Origin: Psammoneis japonica
Lineage: Eukaryota
Direction: 5' to 3'
DNA: 49,721 nt
Assembly (NCBI GenBank): GCA_008632985.1
Contig: QPGO01000345.1
Location: forward strand, 1 to 49,721
Shown here: positions 36,750 through 47,145 of the stretch, piece by piece
Numbering within the stretch: position 1 is the stretch's first letter
How the letters are laid out: each line of letters starts with the position of its first letter
Position numbers and translations under genes: made by a program
Notes under the pieces: generated by a model
Seen by the model: only the letters and a program-made list of their open reading frames with translations
Told to the model about the DNA's origin: nothing
The model's database searches: none

Positions 36750-38330
36750 AGTGCAGGGTGACCCCAGTCACCCAAACACAATGCAGGGATGATCAAATCA
36801 ACTTGTTGATGCTGATCCAGTCCCTGTTGGAGCATCTAGATTTGGGCTTTAGAGAACCGGGAAGAGATGAATTTGAAGAAAAAAGACACGCAGCATCCCA
36901 ACCCCAACATTTTCCTCAACATGAGGTCAACACCCATCCAAACACCTGCCAAGTCCCTGAAGAGCATGCTGAGTGCAAGGGAACAAGAGAACAAGTTGCC
37001 GAGCAGTTGCCTGTCAGGATTCAAGCATCAGAGGAATGGCACTGCAAGGGAGGGTCTAAGAGACAGAGAACGTCAGCAGACAGATTTGTTTCCAATGCCA
37101 AGGAGTGCAAGGGCAAAGGTGCTGCAATGGTCCACAGAATGCTGAAAGAGACAGAATTCAAGACATGGGTGACATTCCTGTTTGCAGAGAACAGCAACGA
37201 ACATTGCTGCAAGAGCTTGGAGAAGAGCTTCTTGAGAGACTGCAGCCTGGGCAAGGACACACCACCTGTCCAAAGACATGACTGGAGGACACTGGACAAG
37301 GCAATGGACGTGCTGCTGAACCATCCTAAAGACAAAATCCTTCCAAGCAACACAATGAGAGGAACAACAAGCACACAAGCAACAACAACAGCAAAATTGA
37401 GAACAAGAGTGAGAGGTCTGGCATTCCAAAGGGCCAGAGCCATGCCCAGAAGAGCAGCCAGAGCAACACTGCAGTGTGTTGCTGCAGCAACCAACCAAAT
37501 CACAAGCTCAAAGATGGAAATCAGGGGACAGAGCCATGTGCAGACATGAGGTGATGACCACCCATTGGCAGACAGTGCCGACACAAGCATTGAGCCACCA
37601 GATCCAACCAATCAACCCGCTCCAGCTGAGGCAAGAGTGCTGCATGGCAAGGCTTGCAACAGGAAAACAAGAGGCCAGAGATGAGCATGAGAACCAAGCC
37701 AACCACAGAAATCAAAGTGGATGAAATCATCCTCAACAATGGCTCCACAACCTCCTGCATGGCAGCAAGCCAGAGACTGGTGCACAATGTGCAACAAGCA
37801 AAGACCAAGGTTGATCTGTTTGTGGGCACAGCAGTGGACACTTTGGATGAAGACTGCACCATGTCTGGATGGGGGGACATGAAGCCGGGGTCACAGAACA
37901 TGACAGCAAGCATCCCCAGTTCAAAAGATGAGAAGAGCAAGCACTGTGTCACATGCAACAACTGAGTGGCATGGATGGCTGAGTTCTGATTGCCAGAGGA
38001 CAAGAAGACTGGCAAACAAGTTGTGGTGTTCAAAGTGAATGACATCAGACCATGTGCCTTTGCACAAAGCAAGAAGTTGTTTGACCACACAAAACATCTC
38101 CAAGAAGCAAGTTGCACACAAGCATGCTGTTTTGCAGAACAAGAACAAGAGAACAAGAAGCACAGGAGTGCAAGGCTCAGGCTGTGCTGCAAAGCTGGAG
38201 CACCCAGTGTGAGGGATTTCAAGCCATTTTTGCATTCAAGCCACCAGGTGAAGAACAGGATGATGGCCATTTGACAGATGATGTTGAAGAAGAAACAAGA
38301 GAAAATGGAAATGTTCTCTGCTGTTGCTGG
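36750..38330 (+). mobile_element. Old degenerate Ty1/copia remnant (gag-protease region) of a different diatom lineage
   Basis: RTLDKAMDVLLNH (gag), EIILNNGSTTS...LVHNVQQAKTKVDL (protease, cf. ILLDNGST), EQENKK..ARLRLCCKAGAPSVRDFK (cf. AR.LY..LG.PS..DFK). No LTRs found. Confidence 0.55.
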
Positions 38331-39493
38331 TTGCAACTAGCAGCCCTGGGTTTGTGGCAAGGATTGTGGACAAAGAGATGCCAGTTGATGATGAAAGCAC
38401 ATGAGGACATCAAACTGTGGAACCCTGAAGCACTTGAGGCCTCATCCAGCTCCAGGTGACGCACAATCCACCATGCAAAAGGGTGCAGTTTAGCATGTCA
38501 AACTCCTTCAAATTTGATTTTTTTGAAAATCGAAATGCAAGTGTGCACACAAACACACGAGCTTTGTGTGCACTTGCCCTTCGATCATTTTTTGAGCGAG
38601 TTCATTGTGCCAAGTGCACAAATGGCCAGTGATGGGAATCAAACCTCCTCTCTGTGCATCACCTGCTGGAGCTGGAACAGGCCTTGAGCACATGTCCCCA
38701 CCATCATGCCAATGTTTCCATCCACAACAATTTGAGAGCATTCATCTGAGACTGTGCAACATGCTTGGAAGGCACGCAAGAGGGAGTTTTGGCAAATTGT
38801 TGGAAGCTGAGTCACGAGGCAAGGAAAATTTGGACAACGCACAAAGATGGCAAAGAGAACATGAAAGATGAGCATGCCACTGGATTGACAGGCAATGAGG
38901 AGCTGCAAGAATTGGCCCTTTAAAAGAGCTGCATTGATGGCTTGCACAAGACATCAAAGATCGGCTGCCCTGCTCCTGTGGCATGGACAAACATGAGTGT
39001 GTGCCCCCCTCATGTGACTCAATGCCAGCCACTGTCCTGAAGCTGTGCTGAGTTGTTGCAGGTTTCTTGCAAGCAGTGCAGACAGCGCCATTTGTGCAAC
39101 ACTGTCAAAGCTTGTGCTGCTCTTCCACCGTGGTGTCAACCGCACAAACCCTGCACACAGGTGGCTCTGTCACAGTGTTGAGTTCTTCGACTTGAATCCT
39201 GAGATGGTCAGCAGCTGGGTTGCAAACCTGGTTGATGGTTGATGGTTCACACAGTGAAGAGAGATTTCATCATGCTCGTGTGGAACATTTTTTGCAGAGC
39301 TTGGCCCAGCAACATGGTCAGCCACTCTCCTGATGATGTGCGGCACGCGCCAGCTTGCAAGTCTGGGGCCAGCGCAACATTGGCATGAGTGGCGGGAGTG
39401 TGCTGGAGCAGCGCCCAGATCATGGGAAATGCAAAGAACCCAGACACACTGAAGAAATGATGCCATCGCTCCTGACATGGCTCATTTGGCAAT

Positions 39494-39582
39494 TCTTTGT
39501 GAGCAAGATTTCATTGTCACCAGTTTCTCTCACCTCTCAGCTCTTTGTGAGCAAGATTTCATTGTCACCAGTTTCTCTCACC
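39494..39582. repeat. 48-bp tandem duplication, second unit interrupted by the copia insertion
   Basis: Unit tctttgtgagcaagatttcattgtcaccagtttctctcacctctcagc starts at 39494 and again at 39542. The second unit resumes as tctcagc at 46709 after the element. Confidence 0.92.
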
Positions 39583-39858
39583 TGACAGGATTTGAACAGG
39601 ATTTGGATGCGCGCGAAGTGTCGCGCGCTGTTTAGTTTACCGCGCACAGTTTTGTGTGCTTTAGTTCCGCGCGTTCACGCGCGATGTAGTTTGCTTTCGA
39701 GCCACAAGGCTCACAAGAATAATAACAGTAGCCCGATTATACCGACTTACACGTCTTTCGGCTCCTGTAACGGTCTCTGAGCGGAGACTCATCTGCTATT
39801 TAGACAGCAGTAAGGAGTTATTGTTTGAATTCTTGCCATTTGCCTTCATTTTCTATCA
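39583..39858 (+). repeat. 5' LTR (276 bp)
   Basis: TGACAGG...TTCTATCA, 270/276 identical to the 3' LTR. Confidence 0.97.
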
Positions 39859-39873
39859 GATTAACAGTCTTGC
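39859..39873 (+). promoter_or_regulatory. Putative primer-binding site complementary to the tRNA-Asn(GUU) anticodon arm
   Basis: GATTAACAGTC directly after the LTR is the reverse complement of GACTGTTAATC. There is no canonical TGG start. Confidence 0.55.
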
Positions 39874-40804
39874 TCATTGTCAACCCATTGAGCAACCGCC
39901 ATCGTCGTCGTTGATTTACCGACGACGCTATTTCAATTCTGCGTGGACCTCCGTATATATTCTACATACATCGGCAAGTCTACGCGCGTTCAATACCAGG
40001 CATCGGCAGGAATTTAACGTCACCGTCAAGTCTCCTTACCGCTGGATATCTGGATTGATTATACTACCTTCGGTCGCTGAAGACTTATATTCAACGGTCA
40101 TATCCAAGTCTATCCTTGATCAACATCCCTTGATATACCTATTCCTCGGTTAACGGTCAAGAACCCTACACATTCAAGGATCTTAGTCGCTGAAGACATA
40201 TATATATATACATGTACATGTCTTCACGGCCAAGAACCTTTATCCACTCTTCGGACTGCGGTTTTGCTGCCACTCTACAAGCACACCGAGTCCATTGCAC
40301 CTGATCTACCCCGGACTGCTGGTGCTCTACAGTTCCACTGGGTCCACGAGGACGACTGTGAGAGCAAGTGGCCGTGATTGCAGCCTGCGTTGGGGCGAGG
40401 GTGCTTTCCCGCGTTTGTTCGTTCGTCCACAGCGCCCCAACGCCTGCGTCAACTGGCCAGCCTGATCGGGAAATCCAACCGACATAAAAACAAGAACGGT
40501 TCGGGGGTCTTGTCCACCTCCAGTCAGCTTGCCTGCAGGGGTTTACAACCCGCTGCTCCGCTCGCAAGCAACCCAAAGCGCCGCTGGCTGCGGGTTCGGA
40601 CGTGCCGGCACAACTCTGCGGACCGGACAGGAAGTTTAGCACTTGACAACGAACGGGACAACAAAGCCCGGCGACTTCTGATTTTAAGATGGTTCAAGAT
40701 TTCAAGTCAAGTCTGTTTCAAGTCAAGTCCATTCTCGCCCAAGTTTCGAGTCCACCTTCGCTTCCCAACCAGAATTGATTGTCCTGACACCACTTTTGTC
40801 TGCC

Positions 40805-41930
40805 ATGGTTCTCACTCGTCAGCAACAAACCGATGGTTTCGAGCATGTTGTTGGAACCGTGCTTGCCCAAGGTGCTGGGAGTCCTCTTCGTTTGGCTTTG
40901 GCCCAAGACGGCACGGACTCGCATCAGGAACTGTTCACGTTCATGCCGCCCCAAATCGACTGGCTTGAGCACGACAACGGCACCAATGCAATCCCTTTGC
41001 CCCGTGGTTACAAGAACATGTTAGCAGCGCTGGTTAGTCTGCACATTGTCAAAGCACACAAAGGTCTTGACGTTGCCAACGACTCCTCTTTGTTCACGCA
41101 TGATGAGTTCCTTGCCTGCCGCCTCAGCCCCGACTGCATGTCTTCTGTGTCCATCGGCAGCTCACCCCTTGCACCTCCACATGTCACCAACCCGACCAAG
41201 GCACGCGACCTGGTGCGAGACTTCAAGCGAGGCATCAAGCGTGATCCCACCGCTTTCACGGCTCTCAAATCCGACAAGCAGTGGCACACTTGGCACACCT
41301 CACTTGTGGCACAAGCCCGTGCCCAAGACGTCGAGTGCATTCTAGACTCATCGTACAAACCGACCAGCCCCGAAGACAAACTGCTCTTTGCTGAACAGCA
41401 AAAGTGCATGTTCGCCGTCTTCGAACGCATCCTTCTCACCGACAAGGGCAAGGCTCTCATTCGCGAAAATGTGGGGTCTTCTGACGCACAGACCGTCTGC
41501 CGCTCCTTGTCTGAGTGCGCGCTTGCCTCCACCCGCGCATCTGTCGAGTCCTCCACCCTGCTCACGCACCTCACCACCGCACGTCTTGGTGATGGCACTT
41601 GGAAAGGTCCGACCCACGGGTTCATCCTTCATTGGCAAGATCAGTTGCGCAAGTGCGAGGCACTCATCCCCCGCCAGTGACCACTTCTCTGAAGGACAGA
41701 AGCGCGTCATGCTCGAGAATGCCGTGCACCCTGTCGAGGAACTCCGTGCTGTCAAGAACCAAGCTGATCAGCATCGTACACAGAGTGGCAAGAGCCTCAC
41801 ATGCGATCAATGCTGTGGCTTGCTCCTCTCCGCGGCAGCTCAGCACGACAGCACGTTTCAACCCAAGACGACACCCAGAGCTCCCCGACGCGCCACACAT
41901 GCACACGACGTCCCCACTCCGAGGAACCGT
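40805..41930 (+). pseudogene. gag: copia gag, frameshifted at ~41670
   Basis: DFKRGIKRDPTAF..LK.DKQW..W...AQARAQDV..ILD, TDKGKALIR, FILHWQDQLR, MLENAV. Confidence 0.85.
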
Positions 41931-44900
41931 CCGACGATGTGTTCTACGACATTGACAGCGACGTTGACGTCCTTCAAGCCAATGCTGCCCACACCCGCGG
42001 TCCCAGCCTCGCCGGTGTCCAATGGAGACGTCTCCCTCCCGACCACCAACGGCTCTGGGATTCGTTGCCCGATTCCTCCAAGGCGATCATCCTTGAGCAT
42101 TCTCGTCCGCCTCCCCGCAACCCGCGAGCCAGCAACTGCCATGAGTCTGTTGCGGCCAACCTTCACGACCAACACCTTGGGAGTGACAGTGATGTCAACT
42201 TGTCCAACACGACTCCTGCTGACTGTGGTGACTCCGCTGCACATGTGGACGCCACTTCGGACAATCCCATCCTGGCGCACCTCACCAAGCGCAAGCCACT
42301 GCCACCCAGTGATCTGCAACGTCTGTTGTCACCCAACCAAGCCCCCAATGCCAGTCGACCGGGGCCATCCGCCGCTTCCTCTGCCCCGCCAGCTCCTGCA
42401 GATGACACAGAACTTGACGGCCGCACTTGCCGCCGCGTCAACAACCACAATGTCATTTGCTCTGCCTCTGCTCATCGCTCCACACGCACTGGCGCTCTAG
42501 TCGATCGTGGGGCCAACGGCGGCATTGCTGGCGACGACGTTCGCGTCATTGCACGCACCTCTCGCCAAGTCGACGTTCAGGGCATTGACGATCACCAATT
42601 GGTGGACATCCCCATTGTCACCGCTGGTGCCGTCATTGAGACCCAGCGTGGTCCCGTCATCGCCATCCTCCATCAGTGCGCATGCACGGGAAAGGGCAAG
42701 ACCATCCATTCCTGCGGCCAGCTCGAATGGCACAAACAGGATGTCAACGATCGCTCTGTCAAGGTGCCCAACGGCTTGCAACGCATTGCCACTCCTGATG
42801 GCTGTGTCATCCCCATTGACATCAAGGCTGGCCTGCCTTGTGTTGCCATGCGACCTTACACTGATGCCGAATGGGACACCCTGCCCCATGTCATCCTCAC
42901 CGGTGATGACACATGGGACCCTTCCGTCCTCGATCACTCTGTCACTGACGACGACCAGTGGTGCGACGCGATCTCTGACCTGCAGGACGATCCCACCGCC
43001 AACCCATTTGACGAATGCGGCAACTGCCGTCACCGTGTCGTTGTCAACGAGACCATCTTGTCCGCTTCCTTGTCTGCCGATCACGCGTCCGCCCTCGATG
43101 ATCACCTCATTCTGAACGACGACGTGTTCTCCGAGTGTCATCTACATGCGATTGACCCCCAGGGCGATGACGTTCCACCTCCGGAGCGCACTGCACAGCC
43201 CAAGGACCCCCCCTTCGAGTCTCTTCGGCCTCACTTTGGCTTCCCACCCACCGATGCGGTCCGTCGCACTTTTGACTGCACCACGCAGTGCGCCCGCATG
43301 CCCGCCGGCACACACCTTCGCAAGGCCTACAAATCACCCAACCCCGCCCTTGATGTGCACCGCCGCAACGAGCCCATCGCCACTGACACCGTTTGTGCCG
43401 ACACCCCGGCCGTCGACCATGGTTGCACCAGCGCCCAACTGTTTGTTGGCACCGAGTCTACCGTCACTGACGTCTACGGCACTGAGACGGACAAAGAGTT
43501 TGTCAACACACTCGAGGATCAGATCCGTGAACGTGGTGCCCCATCCAAACTCATTAGCGACCGTGCTCAAGTTGAGATCAGCAACAAAGTGCTCGGGATC
43601 CTACGCGCCCTCTTCATCTCCAGCTGGCAAAGTGAGCCTCACCAGCAACACCAAAACTTTGCCGAGCGTCGATGCCAGACCGTGAAGCGCATGGCGAACA
43701 CTGTCATGGACCGTTTTGGTTCGCCCGCCCACACATGGCTGCTGGCGCTCATGCACGTGTGCTTCACACTCAACCACACAGCGTCCCCACGTCTCCACTG
43801 GCGCACGCCCCTCGAGACTCTCACTGGATCCACCCCGGACATCAGCCCATTGCTTCGCTTTCACTGGTGGGAACCAGTGTGCTTCCACCTCGATGACTCT
43901 GATTGGCCGTCCGAATCCCGTGAGTTGCGTGGACGCTTCGTTGGCATTGCTGAGCACGTCGGCCACCAGATGACCTTCAAGATCCCATCTGACGAGACTC
44001 AGAAGATCCTCTGCCGGTCCAACGTTCGCTCCGCTGCCCCCGATCCTGCCGTTCGAAACCTGCGTCTTGATCCTCCTGATGGGGAGCCACCTGAACCCAT
44101 CATCAAATCTCGCCATGATGACAACCCCATCGATTCTCCTGATGGGGAGGGTCAGGACACCCAAGATGCCAGTTTTCGATCCGCAAGACATCATTGGACG
44201 TACCTTCCTCATGCAGCCACAAGAGGACGGACAACGCCACAGAGCTCGCATCGTCAAGGCCGTCGAAGACCACGAATGGAAAGTGAACGGCAATCCCGAG
44301 CTCACTAAGTTCGTCTGCTCTGTCAACAATGACGAACCACGAGGAAGTCCTTGCCCACAATGACATCATGAATCACATTGAGCAAGAAGACGAAGACACC
44401 ACCATTTGGAAATTTCGACGCATCGCATCACACGAAGGACCTCTGAAGCCTCACGACCCAACCTGGAAAGGCTCAAGCTACAACATCATGCTTGAATGGG
44501 AAAGTGGGGAGATCACGTCCGAGCCTCTTGCCATCATCGCCAAGGACGACCCCGTCACCTGTGCCATCTGTGCACGAGAGAACGGACTCCTCGACACGGA
44601 TGGCTGGAAGCGGTTCCGCACTGTCGCGAGGCGCCAAAAGAAGCCATTTCGCATGGCCAACCAAGCCAAGCTTCGCTCCTTCCGCACTGCACCTCGCCAC
44701 AAGTGCGGATGCGAAGTTCCCCGGAACTGCAAACACGCCATGTCACTAGACGAACGCAACGGCAACCGCAAGTGGGGAGACGCAACTAATCTCGAGATGG
44801 ACCAACTCGACGAATGCAAAGTCTTCCATGACTGCGGGCCCTTCAAGTCTTCCACTCCTCCTGCGGGACACAAGAAGATCCGAGTGCACCTGGTGCACGA

Positions 44901-46427
44901 CGTGAAACACGACGGTCGCCACAAGGCACGACTCGCAGCCGACGGGCACCTCACGGACGCCACCTGTCGACAGTGTCTGCTCCGGAGTGGTCTCCCTCCG
45001 TGGCCTTCGGCTGATGATTTTCCTGGCCGAACTCAACGAGCTGGAGACATGGGCCACCGACATTGGCAATGCCTGCCTTGAAGCCACCACCAAGGAGAAG
45101 CTTTACATTGCAGCTGGACCCGAATTTGGCAAACTCGAAGGACACATCCTTGTCATCCACAAGGCACTGCATGGACTGCGCAGCTCCGGTCTCCGCTGGC
45201 ACGAGCGCTTCGCCGACTGCCTGCAAGCTGAAGGCTTCTTCCCCTGCCGCGCCGAACCCGACATTTGGATGCGCAGGAACGGCGACCACTGTGAACACAT
45301 TGCCGTTTATGTGGATGACCTCGCCATTGCCATGAAGGACCCTCAATCTTTCGTCGACACTCTCACGGAAAAGTGCAAGTTCAAGCTCAAGGGTGCGGGA
45401 CCCATTGAGTTCCATCTGGGTTGCAACTTTTCCCGGGACCCCGACGGAACCTTGTGCCTGTCTCCGCGCAAGTACATCGAGCGCATGGTCGACAGTTGCG
45501 CCCGACTGTTTGGGGAGAAACCCACCACCAACGCCCTGTCACCTCCAGAGAAGGGTGACCACCCCGAACTGGACACTTCCAAACTGCTGGGACCCGATGG
45601 CATTCACAAGTTCCAGTCTCTTGTTGGTTCACTCCAATGGGCAGTGTCCCTTGGTCGAATTGACATTGCCACGGCTGTCATGTCACTCTCTAGCTTCCGA
45701 GCTGCGCCCCGTCAAGGCCACTTGGATCGTGCCAAACGCGTCTGTGGGTGCCTCTCCAAGATGCGACACGGTGCTCTCCGCGTTCGCACGGAAGAGCCCG
45801 ACTGTTCGGATCTCCCTGCTCCGGCCTGTGAATGGATGCATTCCGTGTGTGGTGAAGCAGAAGAGATGATCCCGAAGGACGCTCCACCGCCCCTTGGCAA
45901 GTTCGTCACTGCCACCCACTACGTCGATGCAAACTTGCACCATTGCATGCTCACCGGACGCTCTGTCATGGGAATGCTCCACTTCCTCAACAAATTCCCG
46001 GCTGATTGGTTCTCCAAGAAACAAGCCACCGTGGAGACTGCAACCTGCGGATCTGAATTTGTTGCCGCAAGGAATTGTGTTGAGCAGATTGTCGACCTGC
46101 GCATCACCCTGCGCCACCTTGGCGTCCCGATCCGCAATGTCAGTTGCATGTTCGGTGACAACAAGTCGGTTGTAGACAGTGCCACCATCCCGCACTCCAA
46201 GTTACACAAGCAACACACCGCACCATCGTTCCACCGTGTGCGTGAGGCAATTGCCTCTGGTTGCCTTGAGTTCCACTTCATCGAAGGCTCCCGCAACCCT
46301 GCTGACATTCTCAGCAAGCATTGGGGTTGCTCCCAAATCTGGGACCTTCTCCGCCCCCTCATGTTCTGGAACTTCATTCCATCCGAAGTCGAATCTGTTT
46401 CTGTGGCTCCTCAAGCAAACTGGGGAG
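41930..46427 (+). pseudogene. pol: copia pol (protease, integrase, RT, RNase H) with several frameshifts and Tyr->Cys/His changes
   Basis: LVDRGANGG (PR), IATDTV / LISDRAQ / SEPHQQHQNFAER (IN DDE), DGRHKARL, DIGNACLEA, KALHGLRSSG, IAVYVDDL (RT), YVDAN, GSEFVA, FGDNKSV, NPADILSK (RNase H). Frame changes at ~44170, ~44335 and ~44960. Confidence 0.93.
46417..46427 (+). promoter_or_regulatory. Short polypurine tract
   Basis: AAACTGGGGAG immediately 5' of the 3' LTR. Confidence 0.65.
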
Positions 46428-46703
46428 TGACAGGATTTGAACAGGATTTGGATGCGCGCGAAGTGTCGCGCGCTGTTTAGTTTACCGCGCACAGTTTTGT
46501 GTGCTTTAGTTCCGCGCGTTCACGCGCGATGCAGTTTGCTTTCGAGCCACAAGGCTCACAAGAATGATGACAGTGGCCCGATTGTACCGACTTACACGTC
46601 TTTCGGCTCCTGTAACGGTCTCTGAGCGGAGACTCATCTGCTATTTAGACAGCAGTAAGGAGTTGTTGTTTGAATTCTTGCCATTTGCCTTCATTTTCTA
46701 TCA
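46428..46703 (+). repeat. 3' LTR (276 bp)
   Basis: Matches 39583-39858 except at 6 positions and is followed by TSD TCACC. Confidence 0.97.
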
Positions 46704-47145
46704 TCACCTCTCAGCTTGATCTCACTCTACAGTGGCATGATGGACGGCGGCATGGAGACAGCAGTAAATCTTATGTCAGTGTCTATACCCGAATGATTTT
46801 TAAAAACCAGCAACCGTTGAGTTATTCTCAACGGAAGTTGAAGTTGATAGTCAATTGATGTTCTAAGACATCACTGCATGTCTGTATGTGTGGTGGCCAC
46901 GCAACGATTTGCTTCTTCTTTCTTCCGTCCTTTGTCCTTTCTCTTCGGCACTCGGCATGGCGTTGCTGTTGGAAACGGTACTGTAGGTAGGTACCCTTGT
47001 TTTGCAACCAAACGGCTTAGCTATGCTTTGTGGATGGACAGTGTTGCACGCTAGAATTGTAAAACGTAGATCTTGGCAATTCCTCTTCACTCACTTGTTT
47101 TACCTCTCATCTCACTTTCTCAAAAGCCGACTCGCTGATTTCATC

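Larger units (their letters stand above)
29460..39582. other. TpA/CpG-depleted hypermutated domain D (repeats and TE remnants)
   Basis: About 10 kb with very few TA and few CG. The young copia element is inserted at its right edge. Confidence 0.88.
39583..46703 (+). mobile_element. Full-length Ty1/copia (CoDi-like) LTR retrotransposon, inactivated
   Basis: 276-bp TG...CA LTRs, 5-bp TSD TCACC (39578-39582 and 46704-46708), and gag-PR-IN-RT-RNaseH order. Confidence 0.97.

Noticed and set aside
5130..39580. Hundreds of 60-300 aa overlapping ORFs in the converted domains
   Set aside because: They are explained by TAA/TAG depletion, and the coherent motifs are split across frames. Not called as genes.
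41660..44970. Programmed frameshifts in gag-pol
   Set aside because: There are about five scattered frame changes, some at homopolymers. Decay or sequencing indels are more likely.
40805..46427. Alternative genetic code or RNA editing that restores Tyr
   Set aside because: Neighbouring genes use TAY normally, some Tyr remain (YVDD), non-coding LTR sites change the same way, and both Cys and His outcomes occur.
39583..46703. Classical RIP (CA->TA) acting on the 5' LTR
   Set aside because: Conserved Tyr codons show TA is ancestral, and the repeats are TA-poor rather than TA-rich.
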